DNA of 64,000 bases from Candidatus Falkowbacteria bacterium RIFOXYA2_FULL_38_12 (lineage in GTDB: Bacteria; Patescibacteriota; Patescibacteriia; XYB2-FULL-38-15), in the NCBI GenBank assembly GCA_001778095.1, contig MFGA01000020.1, forward strand, positions 75,805 through 139,804, given 5' to 3'. The notes below the pieces were generated by a model. That model saw only the letters and a list, made by a program, of their open reading frames with translations. It did not search any database and had not been told where the DNA came from. Of this stretch, positions 18,237-27,153 are shown piece by piece. How positions within the stretch are numbered: position 1 is the stretch's first letter; each line of letters begins with the position of its first letter. A program made the position numbers and the translations under genes.

Positions 18237-19022
18237 ATGATTCAAGTAAAGAATCTTACAAAAAAATTTGGCGATTTCGTCGCTGTTGACGACATTACTT
18301 TTTCCGTAAACCACGGCGAGATTTTTGCGTTTTTGGGACCAAATGGCGCGGGAAAAACAACCACGATTAAAATGTTGACTACGCTCCTGGAGCCATCAGC
18401 CGGTAAGGTTGTTGTTAATGGAAATGATCCCGTCCAATCTCCCGATAAAGTACGGCGTTCGTTTGAAATTGTGTTTCAAGATCAAAGTCTTGATGACGAG
18501 CTTACAGCTTGGGAGAATATGGAGTTTCATGGAGTTCTTTATGATGTGCCAAAATTGATACGCAAAGAAAGAATCGAACAATTACTCACCTTTGTTGATC
18601 TTTGGGATAGAAAAGACGGCTTGGTTAAAGAATTTTCCGGTGGAATAAAAAGACGGTTGGAAATCGCTCGAGGATTATTGCATCATCCCAAAATTATTTT
18701 TCTGGACGAGCCGACGCTTGGCCTTGATCCGCAAACCAGAAATCATATGTGGACATATTTGCGCGAACTTAACAAAACAGAAGGCACAACAATTTTTTTT
18801 ACGACTCACTACATGGAAGAGGCGGAGCGTATCGCTGGAAGAGTCGCCATTATTGATCATGGGAAAATTGTGGCGATGGGCGCGCCGGATGAATTAAAAA
18901 AACAAACAGAAACTTCCTCGCTTGAAGAAGCGTATCTCGCCCTCACGGGAAAGACAGTCAGAGAAGAAACTTCAAGCGCGACCGATGATATGAGAAATAG
19001 GCATCGCATTTGGAGCAAATAA
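18237..19022 (+). CDS. ABC transporter ATP-binding protein
   Basis: Walker A GPNGAGKTTT, ABC signature LSGGIKRRL, Walker B IIFLDEP. Confidence 0.85.
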   Translation: MIQVKNLTKKFGDFVAVDDITFSVNHGEIFAFLGPNGAGKTTTIKMLTTLLEPSAGKVVVNGNDPVQSPDKVRRSFEIVFQDQSLDDELTAWENMEFHGVLYDVPKLIRKERIEQLLTFVDLWDRKDGLVKEFSGGIKRRLEIARGLLHHPKIIFLDEPTLGLDPQTRNHMWTYLRELNKTEGTTIFFTTHYMEEAERIAGRVAIIDHGKIVAMGAPDELKKQTETSSLEEAYLALTGKTVREETSSATDDMRNRHRIWSK

Positions 19023-19774
19023 AAATTATGAAAAAAATTTACATTCTTTGGCTTAGACAAATAAAAAGATGGCTTCGTTCTCGTTCGCGGATTATCGGGT
19101 CGCTCGCCCAACCTCTTTTATTTTTATGGGCGCTTGGATACGGTTTTAGTTCCGTTTTTGAAAAAGCCGGTCAAGGAAATTATTTAAATTTTCTCGCCCC
19201 GGGTATTATTGGAATGGGGATTATTTTCACCGCTATTTTTTCGGGAATAGAAGTTATTTGGGATCGACAATTCGGTTTTTTGAAAGAAACACTCGTCGCC
19301 CCCATGTCGCGACTGCATATTATGATCGGAAGGACATTGGGCGGAGCGACTATTGCCACAGCGCAGGGAATTATGGTGATGTTTTTAGCAATGCTTTTTG
19401 GTTTTCGTATGGAACACTGGTTGTCCGTTTTTCCCGCGATCGGGGTGATGTTTTTGATCGCGCTTCTTTTTACCTCTCTTGGGACAATGATAGCTTCCCT
19501 TTTGAAAGATATGCAAGGGTTTCAGTTGATTATGAATTTTCTCATTATGCCATTATTTTTTCTTTCCGGCGCGCTCTTTCCTCTGGAAGGTTTGCCGACA
19601 ACACTTTCTATTATTGCTCGGCTTGATCCGCTCTCTTATGGGATTGACGCTCTGCGCGAAATTTTCCTCGGTATGGGGCATTATGGTCTGACAGTCGACC
19701 TTATAGCGTTAGGATCAATAACCGCGATATTCTTATGGCTAGGCAGTTACTTTTTTAAAAAAATTCAGATATAA
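19010..19774 (+). CDS. ABC-2 type transporter permease
   Basis: Six predicted TM helices. Translationally coupled to the upstream ATPase (overlap). Confidence 0.7.
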   Translation: MEQIKIMKKIYILWLRQIKRWLRSRSRIIGSLAQPLLFLWALGYGFSSVFEKAGQGNYLNFLAPGIIGMGIIFTAIFSGIEVIWDRQFGFLKETLVAPMSRLHIMIGRTLGGATIATAQGIMVMFLAMLFGFRMEHWLSVFPAIGVMFLIALLFTSLGTMIASLLKDMQGFQLIMNFLIMPLFFLSGALFPLEGLPTTLSIIARLDPLSYGIDALREIFLGMGHYGLTVDLIALGSITAIFLWLGSYFFKKIQI

Positions 19775-19777
19775 AAT

Positions 19778-20299
19778 ATGAAACTTTTGTTAGAAATAAG
19801 CGACAGCGATATTGGGGTCGGCTCTCCTGAAAGATTTGACAAGCCATATCGTCTCAGAAAAGCCAGTAGAGCCATTATTTTTAATGATAAAAATGAGATT
19901 GCTATTCAATTTGCGTCAAAATATAATTATCATAAACTCCCGGGTGGTGGTTTGGATAAGGGGGAAAATACACCAGAAGCTCTTCGTAGGGAAATTAAAG
20001 AAGAGGTTGGGTGTGAGATTGAAATAGGGGATGAGATAGGCATAATTATTGAATATAGAAATCAGCTAGATCTTCTCCAAGTGTCATATTGCTATCTAGC
20101 AAAATTAGTCGGTGAAGTTGGTAAACCGGCATGGGAAGAAGGCGAAATCGAAGAAGGTTTTGAATCTGTTTGGATGTTGCCAGATGAAGCTATTAGATTG
20201 CTAGAAAGCGAGAGCCCAAATGAATATAAAAACCAGTTTATAGTAAAAAGAGACTTAGAATTTTTAAGGGAGGCCAAAAGGATGCTACAAAATAAGTAA
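19778..20299 (+). CDS. NUDIX hydrolase
   Basis: Nudix box GGGLDKGENTPEALRREIKEEVGCEI. Confidence 0.75.
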   Translation: MKLLLEISDSDIGVGSPERFDKPYRLRKASRAIIFNDKNEIAIQFASKYNYHKLPGGGLDKGENTPEALRREIKEEVGCEIEIGDEIGIIIEYRNQLDLLQVSYCYLAKLVGEVGKPAWEEGEIEEGFESVWMLPDEAIRLLESESPNEYKNQFIVKRDLEFLREAKRMLQNK

Positions 20300-20505
20300 T
20301 TTTTAGGAGATTTGACAAATATCTATCCATAAGGTAAACTCTTTAAAAGTGAATAAAGCCATAGACAGCAGGCGTTCCGTCCAGCGGAACTTAATCAAAG
20401 AAAGCCCGCCGAGGTAAATCGCCCCTTTTGGGGATTATGTCTGTGGTAATGCCACAGTTTTTTATTACAAATTACGCAAATAAAAGCGAATATAAAACTA
20501 ATATT
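20300..20505 (+). promoter_or_regulatory. candidate ribosomal protein L10 leader / rplJL promoter region
   Basis: ~200 nt structured non-coding region (gcaggcgttccgtccagcggaac hairpin) immediately upstream of rplJ. L10(L12)4 autoregulatory leaders occupy this position in many bacteria. Confidence 0.35.
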
Positions 20506-21027
20506 ATGCCAAAAACAAAAGATCAAAAGAAAGAAGATTTGAAAAGTTTGGAAGATAAATTTGCAAGAACCAAGGCCGCAGTTTTTGTTAATTTTTCAGG
20601 CTTGAATGTAAAAGATACAACAAGTCTAAGAAGTTCTTTAAGAAAAGAGGGGATTGATTACGGCGTAGCAAAAAAGACTCTTATAAAAATAGCTATGGAT
20701 AAAACCGGCTATTCGGGAGTTGATCCGAAACAGTTTGAAGGCAATGTTGCCGCAGTGTTTGGCTATGACGACGAAGTTCTTCCGGCCAAGATTTTAAAAC
20801 AGTTTAAAGCGCAACATGACGCATTAAAGATTTTGGGAGGAATCCTCGAAAAGAAATATATTGATTCCGCGAAAGTTCTAGAGTTGGCCAATATTCCAGG
20901 GAAACAAGAGCTTTTGGCACAATTGGTTGGCAGTTTGAATTCTCCGGTTTCCGGATTTGTGAATGTCTTGGCTGGAAATTTAAGAGGATTTGTCCAAGTT
21001 TTAAAATCAATGTCGGAAAAAGCTTAA
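20506..21027 (+). CDS. rplJ: 50S ribosomal protein L10
   Basis: MPKTKDQKKEDL... typical L10 N-terminus. The ORF-table start at 20428 adds a non-homologous extension, so the first conserved ATG was chosen. Confidence 0.8.
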   Translation: MPKTKDQKKEDLKSLEDKFARTKAAVFVNFSGLNVKDTTSLRSSLRKEGIDYGVAKKTLIKIAMDKTGYSGVDPKQFEGNVAAVFGYDDEVLPAKILKQFKAQHDALKILGGILEKKYIDSAKVLELANIPGKQELLAQLVGSLNSPVSGFVNVLAGNLRGFVQVLKSMSEKA

Positions 21028-21068
21028 AAGTAATTTAATTAAAATAATTAATTAAGGAAAACAAAAAT

Positions 21069-21476
21069 ATGTCCGAAGAAAAAAAGGAAGTGCAAGTGCT
21101 GGAAAAATTCAAGGCGCTTGTCGAACAAATCGAAAAATTATCAGTTCTTGATTTAGCGGAATTGGTAAAAGTCTTGGAAGAAAAATTCGGAGTTTCCGCC
21201 GTCGCGCCAGTTATGGCCGTTGCTACCGGAGCCCCAGCAGCCGGGGGAGCCCCAGTTGAAGAGCAAAGCGCATTTAACGTGGAAATTACCGAAGGTGGAG
21301 CCAATAAAATCGGCGTCATTAAAGTAGTTCGCGAACTTACTCAAATGGGCTTGAAAGATGCCAAAGATTTGGTTGATGGCGCGCCAAAAGTTTTAAAGGA
21401 AGGTGTTGGTAAGGCTGAAGCCGAAGAGATGAAGAAAAAGTTAGAAGCAGCCGGCGCGAAGGTTACTTTAAAGTAA
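21069..21476 (+). CDS. rplL: 50S ribosomal protein L7/L12
   Basis: N-terminal dimerisation region, Ala/Pro hinge, C-terminal domain ...[38 protein letters not shown]. Confidence 0.9.
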   Translation: MSEEKKEVQVLEKFKALVEQIEKLSVLDLAELVKVLEEKFGVSAVAPVMAVATGAPAAGGAPVEEQSAFNVEITEGGANKIGVIKVVRELTQMGLKDAKDLVDGAPKVLKEGVGKAEAEEMKKKLEAAGAKVTLK

Positions 21477-21488
21477 GATTTCAAATTT

Positions 21489-21525
21489 AAAAATCCCGCT
21501 CTTTTTGAAGAGCGGGATTTTTGTT
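21489..21525 (+). terminator. rho-independent terminator after rplL
   Basis: AAAAATCCCGCTC-tttttgaa-GAGCGGGATTTTTG. Confidence 0.8.
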
Positions 21526-21537
21526 TGGATAGTGGAG

Positions 21538-21580
21538 TAGCGAACTTTAGTTCGCGTAAGACGCAGACTAAAGTCTGCTA
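21538..21580. repeat. tandem hairpin pair with complementary loops (TTTAG / TAAAG)
   Basis: GCGAAC-tttag-TTCGC and GCAGAC-taaag-TCTGC, downstream of the minus-strand gene ending at 21607. Confidence 0.5.
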
Positions 21581-21606
21581 TTCCAAAATACTCGCGTAAT
21601 TTCCGA

Positions 21607-23853
21607 TTATAGATGAGTAATATCAAAACTCAACATTTGCGTTCCGTTCAACAAATATATTTTCTTTTCTTTTTCCAGAACGGAAAAATCTTTTGGATTA
21701 TCAAGTTGTTCAAATAAATATTGTATTTTAAGTTTTCCCTGTTTATCAAATACAGCTATCCTTTTTGAAGAAGGTTCAAGTATGTATAAGTATGAAGATT
21801 CGGAGGATGTCCATATTTTTGTGGGGGCAAAGAGAGCAGGCTCAATTGTAAGAGAAAGATCAATCTTATTTCCGTTGGCAAATTTAAGTAATTCGGAATT
21901 TTTTAAAACATAGATTGTCCCGTCAACGGCAATACTTTTTGAGTTTTCCAAATTTACCTCGCCTTTTATCCATGGAGTTCCTTTGGCAAAACCGACAATT
22001 GTTGGAGAATGTTTAAACACTTGATTGGCTTCGGAAGATACAGTATATAATTTTTGATTATATATAGTCATGTCGTCAACATTGCTTTCGCTCGCGACCT
22101 CTATTTGTTTTAACGAATTTTTTATTGAATTAAACTCAAATAATTTTTGATCGACGCCGTAGAGCAGGACAGTGTCTTCGTCTTTAAGACAAGCCAAAGC
22201 GGGCGCCAGATTATCGGTTTGTTTTTTTAATATTTTTTTATCCTTGATATTGTAGGTATATATTGAAGAGGATTCCTTACCAAGAGCGATAATGCCGGTT
22301 TTGGAAAGAATAAATTTATCCAATTTTGTTTCTTGATTTTCTTCCTTAAAATCAACAATAATGGCCAGATCGGTTATCCTCTTTATGTTTCGTATTTTTT
22401 CTCCCAGAAGTTGGATATCGTTGTTCAGGCTGTTATAAGTTTCGTTTAATTTCGGGTCATCCTTGGGAAACTCGGCGAGTAGTTTTTCCGCCTCCCTTAA
22501 ACTGTTTACAGCCGTTACCTGATCACCGTAGATGATGCTCGCCTCAGCCAGATTTTTTTGTGTTTGAATATCTTCAATTCTTTGATTTAAATTTTTCAGA
22601 GCCAGCTCATTTTTATATCTTGAATATGCGACAACGGTTGTCCCCAAAAAGATGGAAAAAAGAATTACGACGACCGCAAGGGATATTTGAGAAGATCGAG
22701 GTAGAGACAAAAGTTTTGTTTTAATATTGTTAATCTTTGTTTTTAAATTTTTTGGTATAGATATTATGACATCTTTTCGCTTCCCGTTTTTATTTGTTAT
22801 GACAATAAATAAAAATTTAAAAATGCCGATCAATGCGGAAAAAAAGCCTCTTGCCAAAATGGCGATAGCGCTAACTGTTTTTTTAGATATTTTGGAAATT
22901 ATCTTAAAAGCATTATGCTGCGATATATTTTTTATCGCATTTTCTTTTCTATCCAAGGAAGTTTTGACCTTTTCGAAAAAGTTAAAAAAAGTACTGCCAA
23001 GATTCATGTGCATTGATGGGGTGAGAAATTTCTCGGTATCGGCCACTGTGCCCAACAGTTTTTCCATGGAGTGTTGGGAAGGGGCGGGAAGATTATTTTT
23101 TTGATCACTATTTATTTCTTGTTCTTCTTTAGCCTCTTCTTCTTTTAGTTTTATAACCAATGAGCCAAAGGAAGTGTGGGGGTTCGCCGGTCCGGCCAAC
23201 AATTCCTTTAAATTTCTCGAAGCTTCCCGTGGAGAGGACGCAGAGACAATATTAGAAAGTTTTTCCAGAGAAAAATAATCAAGAAGGCTCTCGGTAGTCA
23301 AGAGAAGATAATCTCCAATGTTTATTTTTCCACTAACAATGTTGTTGAAAATATTGATGTTATTGGCGCGGTTTTCTTTTCCCGAGGCATTTTCCGAGAT
23401 ATCCATTATTTTGTAACCGCCGTCGGGTTTGGTTCTATAGATAAGAAAAGGGCGGATTTTTCCGCTTTGGACAAAATAAATATTTTTTCCGATAGAAAGA
23501 AGGAGTAGCGCGTTTATTTTTGGTGGCCAGTCGGCCGAATCGGTTTCTTCCTCTTCGCCGACGAGCTCCACATATCTGTAATTTATTCTTTGGACTAGAT
23601 TTTCAAAGAAATTTTCAGGGGTTTTGCCGAGAAAATTTTGACTGCTGATGGGTTTTATCTCTCCGAATATTTCTTCAACCAAGTTGTTTATTTTACGATT
23701 TGGCAAAGAGGCGATTTCCACGAGAGAAAAAACTTTGCAGGCGAGTTCTTCATTTTGTTCTTTGGAATTGAATAAATCCCAAACAAAAATCTGACAAGTG
23801 GTTTTACTCTTGTCTGGTTGTATAGAAATTTTACTGTATTCTATCTTTAGCAC
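21607..23853 (-). CDS. large hypothetical membrane protein (central TM helix, beta-rich C-terminal domain)
   Basis: 748-aa uninterrupted ORF. One clear TM segment in the middle. No confidently recognisable catalytic motifs. Confidence 0.4.
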   Translation of the reverse strand: MLKIEYSKISIQPDKSKTTCQIFVWDLFNSKEQNEELACKVFSLVEIASLPNRKINNLVEEIFGEIKPISSQNFLGKTPENFFENLVQRINYRYVELVGEEEETDSADWPPKINALLLLSIGKNIYFVQSGKIRPFLIYRTKPDGGYKIMDISENASGKENRANNINIFNNIVSGKINIGDYLLLTTESLLDYFSLEKLSNIVSASSPREASRNLKELLAGPANPHTSFGSLVIKLKEEEAKEEQEINSDQKNNLPAPSQHSMEKLLGTVADTEKFLTPSMHMNLGSTFFNFFEKVKTSLDRKENAIKNISQHNAFKIISKISKKTVSAIAILARGFFSALIGIFKFLFIVITNKNGKRKDVIISIPKNLKTKINNIKTKLLSLPRSSQISLAVVVILFSIFLGTTVVAYSRYKNELALKNLNQRIEDIQTQKNLAEASIIYGDQVTAVNSLREAEKLLAEFPKDDPKLNETYNSLNNDIQLLGEKIRNIKRITDLAIIVDFKEENQETKLDKFILSKTGIIALGKESSSIYTYNIKDKKILKKQTDNLAPALACLKDEDTVLLYGVDQKLFEFNSIKNSLKQIEVASESNVDDMTIYNQKLYTVSSEANQVFKHSPTIVGFAKGTPWIKGEVNLENSKSIAVDGTIYVLKNSELLKFANGNKIDLSLTIEPALFAPTKIWTSSESSYLYILEPSSKRIAVFDKQGKLKIQYLFEQLDNPKDFSVLEKEKKIYLLNGTQMLSFDITHL

Positions 23854-23978
23854 AATAATGCAATTTTCTTTATTTTTTTATTTTTCTATACTATACTAAT
23901 TATAACGGTTTTTTAAAGAGAAGTACAGTAGATCTAGGCTCGTCGTAAAATTATTACGCGACGAGCTCAATATTTTTT

Positions 23979-24695
23979 ATGGTTTCAAAGACTGACAAAA
24001 AAAAGATAGACGGCGGCGGGCTTGAACAAATCTTTGGATCAGGAACGAGAGTTAAGTTGTTAAAGTTGTTTTTAAACGATCCGGATAAAGCCTATTTTGT
24101 AAGAGAGATATCCAGAATCATTGGCGCGCAAATAAATTCAGTCAGGCGAGAGCTTTTGAATCTAAAAAGCTTGGGGATTGTTAGCGAAGTGGAATGGCCG
24201 GAAAATAGAGAATATATTGTTCCGGTCAAGGAAAGAGGAAAAGATAATGGGTCGCTAAAATTAAAGAAAATAAGCTCGGTTGACGTTACAAAAAAGTTTT
24301 TTCAAGCTAATAAGCTTTTTATTCTTTTTCCGGAGCTAAAAGCCCTTATTCTAAAAGCGGATTTTCTGTTGGAGAAAAATCTTGCCAAGGAAATAGGAAA
24401 AATTGGCGAGGTTGATTATCTGGCCTTAACCGGGGATTTTGTCGGTTTGTCCGATGCCCCCGTTGACCTGATTTTAGTGGGAAAATTCAATAAAAAGAAA
24501 TTGAGCGATTTAATTGGTGATTTTGAAAAAGATTTTGGTCGGGCGATTGATTATACTGTAATGACGCGTCAAGAATTTAATTACCGAAAGGATATTACGG
24601 ATCGATTTTTATATAATATTTTAGAGAATAAAAAAATTGTAATGGTAAATGAACTTGATAATTCAAGACTTAGCAGGGGAGATGACGTCAAGTAA
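23979..24695 (+). CDS. winged-helix DNA-binding protein with C-terminal nucleotidyltransferase-like (Pol-beta superfamily) region
   Basis: N-terminal wHTH-like segment (YFVREISRIIGAQINSVRRELLNLKSLGIV). GDFVGLSDAPVDLILVG resembles the NTase GS...D.D motif. Confidence 0.35.
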   Translation: MVSKTDKKKIDGGGLEQIFGSGTRVKLLKLFLNDPDKAYFVREISRIIGAQINSVRRELLNLKSLGIVSEVEWPENREYIVPVKERGKDNGSLKLKKISSVDVTKKFFQANKLFILFPELKALILKADFLLEKNLAKEIGKIGEVDYLALTGDFVGLSDAPVDLILVGKFNKKKLSDLIGDFEKDFGRAIDYTVMTRQEFNYRKDITDRFLYNILENKKIVMVNELDNSRLSRGDDVK

Positions 24696-24704
24696 TTATT
24701 AACT

Positions 24705-25112
24705 ATGATTTTTATAATAAACACAGCGACACAAGGCGCAACATCCGTCGCCCTAATAAAGGGCGATTCTTTTTATAAAAAAACAGTCGCCGGAAAAGAG
24801 TCCGGTAAAATATTAGTTTTACTTGATAATTTGTTAAAAAAAGTGAAAGCAAAAAAAGAAGATCTCACGGGGGTGGTAGTCGTGAGTGGGCCGGGACCGT
24901 TTACTTCGGTAAGGCAGGGAGTTGTTGTCGCTAATGCTTTGGCGCGACTTCTTAATATTCCAATCATTGGTGTGCGAGCGGAAGAATTTAATTTAGATAA
25001 AAAATCAGTCGCGGATTATGAGGCCAAGCTGAAGAAAGTTAAAGCGGGAAAAATCGTTTTGCCTTTTTATGACAGAGAACCAAATATTACAAAGCCGAAG
25101 GTGAGTATCTAG
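24705..25112 (+). CDS. tsaB: TsaB/YeaZ-like protein (short)
   Basis: MIFIINTATQGATSVAL...GPGPFTSVRQGVVVANALARLLNIPIIGV matches the N-terminal half of TsaB. Only 135 aa. Confidence 0.5.
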   Translation: MIFIINTATQGATSVALIKGDSFYKKTVAGKESGKILVLLDNLLKKVKAKKEDLTGVVVVSGPGPFTSVRQGVVVANALARLLNIPIIGVRAEEFNLDKKSVADYEAKLKKVKAGKIVLPFYDREPNITKPKVSI

Positions 25113-25143
25113 TATCTAGTATTCAGTATTTAGTATAAAAAAG

Positions 25144-25152
25144 TTATCCACA
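25144..25152 (+). promoter_or_regulatory. perfect DnaA box TTATCCACA
   Basis: Exact 9-mer consensus. Two further perfect copies in inverse orientation lie within 370 bp. Confidence 0.5.
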
Positions 25153-25162
25153 TATCAAGATT

Positions 25163-25190
25163 CGCCATATAAAAAATGGCGTTTTTTGTT
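25163..25190 (+). terminator. rho-independent terminator after tsaB-like gene
   Basis: CGCCAT-ataaaaa-ATGGCG followed by TTTTTTG. Confidence 0.7.
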
Positions 25191-25394
25191 TGTTAAAAGT
25201 AAGTAAAGGGTGCCCGCCACGCACAAGGCAAAGGTCTTTTTTAGGCTAATTATAATGAAAAATTTTTAAGACAGTTGCTTTGCGATGGTGTTTGGTCAAT
25301 ATAAGCCTTGTATGTGGTTGACCCCGTATGAAGTTTAGGTAATTCAAGGCATTTGCAGAGTAGTAATTTTAGATAATGATAGTTTACTGAGCAT

Positions 25395-25510
25395 TGTGGA
25401 TAACCTTTACTTCATACGGGGTTGACTGGGTATTTAAAGTGGTATAAAATGGAAGTATAAGAATTAAAAGTGGATAAAAGTGGGGATAGATAAGAAAATC
25501 TGTGGATAAC
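25395..25510 (+). promoter_or_regulatory. cluster of DnaA boxes (TGTGGATAA x2 perfect, AGTGGATAA) interleaved with MraZ-type AAAGTGG direct repeats, upstream of mraZ
   Basis: Perfect TGTGGATAA at 25395-25403 and 25501-25509. AAAGTGG at 25436, 25467 and 25477, the last two spaced 10 bp apart. AT-rich surroundings. Directly upstream of the mraZ ATG at 25541. Confidence 0.55.
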
Positions 25511-25540
25511 TAATAATAAGAGATTATTAGAATTTTCTTT

Positions 25541-25972
25541 ATGTTTATTGGCGAATACAAGCATACAATTGATGAAAAGGGGAGACTGGCCGTGCCGGTC
25601 AAGTTTCGAGCTCAATTATCCGGAGGCGCGGTAGTGACGAGAGGCCTGGATAATTGTCTTTTTTTATATACAGAAGAAGAATGGAAGAATTTAGCCGAGA
25701 GATTGGCAAAATTACCAATTGGCAAAGCTAATTCCAGAGCTTTTGCGAGATTGATGCTCGCCGGAGCAATGGATGTTTCCTTAGATAAACAGGGAAGAAT
25801 TATTTTGCCTGATTATTTAAGAAAATATGCGGCAGTGGGAAAAAATGTTGTTGTCGCCGGTCTTTATAATCGTTTGGAAATTTGGGATGAAGCAAAATGG
25901 GAAGAATATAAAAACGGAACAGAAAGTTCAAGTGGAGATATAGCCGAGCAATTGGGGGAGCTTGGCGTATAA
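25541..25972 (+). CDS. mraZ: transcriptional regulator MraZ
   Basis: Two SpoVT/AbrB-like halves. N-terminal MFIGEYKHTIDEKGRLAVP is typical of MraZ. Confidence 0.9.
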   Translation: MFIGEYKHTIDEKGRLAVPVKFRAQLSGGAVVTRGLDNCLFLYTEEEWKNLAERLAKLPIGKANSRAFARLMLAGAMDVSLDKQGRIILPDYLRKYAAVGKNVVVAGLYNRLEIWDEAKWEEYKNGTESSSGDIAEQLGELGV

Positions 25973-26007
25973 AGAAGTTAAAAGTGAAAAATGAAAAGTT
26001 AAAAGTT
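25972..26007. repeat. AAAGTGAAAA/GTTAAAAGT element (single arm)
   Basis: aaagaagttaaaagtgaaaaatgaaaagttaaaagtt, immediately 5' of the rsmH ATG. Confidence 0.6.
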
Positions 26008-26994
26008 ATGGTTGAGGAATCAAAATATAAAGGACATATTCCTGTTCTGCTCGATGAAGTTATAGAAAATTTTGATCCAAAGCCAAACCAAAATTTTGTT
26101 GATTGCACTTTAGGTGGCGGGGGACACAGCGCGGCGATTCTTAAATTGACGGGTCCGTCCGGAAAGGTGTTAGGGATAGATTTGGACGAACAAGCTATTA
26201 AAGCCGCGGAGTTAAAAGTTTCTTCCTTCGCCAAGGCTACGAAGGACAAGAAAAATGAAAAGTTGGAAGTTGGCCGATTGATTGCGGTAAAAGGAAATTT
26301 CAGAGATTTAAAAAACATTGTTCATCAAAATAATTTTGAGAATATTTCCGGAATTTTACTGGATTTGGGGTTTTCTTCAATGGAAATGGATGATTCAGAA
26401 AAGGGTCTTTCATTTAGATATGACGCGCCACTGGATATGCGTTTTGGGGAAGAGGGGATAACAGCAGAAGAAGTTATTAATAATTTTAAAGAAAAAGAGT
26501 TGGAAGATATTTTTAGGACTTATGGAGAGGAAAGATTTTCCGGAAGAATTGCCAGAATTATCTGCGAGGTGAGGAAGGAAAAGCCTATCCGAACAACATT
26601 TGAACTAGTTGAGGCGATAAGAAAAGTAATTCCCGGTAAGTTCCAGTACGGGCGAATTCACTTCGCGACAAAAGTTTTTCAGGCTTTGCGTATCTTTGTA
26701 AATCAAGAATTAGATAATTTGAAAATCGTCTTGCCTCAAGCGATCGATTTATTGTTGCCGGGAGGACGACTTGCGGTGATTTCCTTTCATTCTTTGGAAG
26801 ATAGGATTGTTAAAGAATTTTTTAAGCGAGAATCACGAGACTGTATTTGTCCGAAAGAGATGCCGATTTGTCAGTGTGACCACAAAGCAAAATTAAAAAT
26901 ATTAAATAAGAAACCAATAATTCCAAAAGAGGGGGAGGCAAAAATAAATCCCAGGTCACGAAGCGCAAAGCTCCGAGTAGCGGTTAAGTTGTGA
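26008..26994 (+). CDS. rsmH: 16S rRNA (cytosine1402-N4)-methyltransferase RsmH (MraW)
   Basis: HIPVLLDEV...DCTLGGGGHS SAM-binding start and the conserved RsmH core. The earlier ATG at 25984 lies inside the repeat element and was rejected. Confidence 0.9.
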   Translation: MVEESKYKGHIPVLLDEVIENFDPKPNQNFVDCTLGGGGHSAAILKLTGPSGKVLGIDLDEQAIKAAELKVSSFAKATKDKKNEKLEVGRLIAVKGNFRDLKNIVHQNNFENISGILLDLGFSSMEMDDSEKGLSFRYDAPLDMRFGEEGITAEEVINNFKEKELEDIFRTYGEERFSGRIARIICEVRKEKPIRTTFELVEAIRKVIPGKFQYGRIHFATKVFQALRIFVNQELDNLKIVLPQAIDLLLPGGRLAVISFHSLEDRIVKEFFKRESRDCICPKEMPICQCDHKAKLKILNKKPIIPKEGEAKINPRSRSAKLRVAVKL

Positions 26995-27013
26995 AATTTA
27001 GCGGAAGTTTTTT

Positions 27014-27125
27014 CTGTGTCATCCTGACCCCGCCTTTTGCGGGGGAAGGATCTCTCGCGAATGCGAGCTAGAAAAGGATATTGCGGACATTCGTCCGAGA
27101 TCCTTCACTGCGTTCAGGATGACGG
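27014..27125. repeat. GC-rich multi-stem (cloverleaf-like) structured element
   Basis: Outer stem GTCATCCTGA/TCAGGATGAC encloses CCCCGC-cttttg-CGGGG and a second stem AAGGATCTC/GAGATCCTT, which itself contains CTCGC-gaat-GCGAG and CGGAC-attc-GTCCG. Confidence 0.5.
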
Positions 27126-27153
27126 CTTGTCGGGTTGAGCGCAAGATAAAAAT

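Noticed and set aside
19258-19626. 122-aa ORF in an alternative frame
   Set aside because: Fully embedded in the ABC-2 permease gene, which has a coherent six-TM reading frame. Arg-rich alternative-frame translation is typical of an artefact.
20428-20505. Extended N-terminus for rplJ
   Set aside because: No similarity to L10. The region is more consistent with the L10 leader/promoter. The conserved L10 N-terminus starts at 20506.
25984-26007. Upstream ATG start for rsmH (MKNEKLKVMVEES...)
   Set aside because: These codons are the AAAGTGAAAA/GTTAAAAGT repeat element translated. The conserved RsmH sequence begins at the ATG at 26008.
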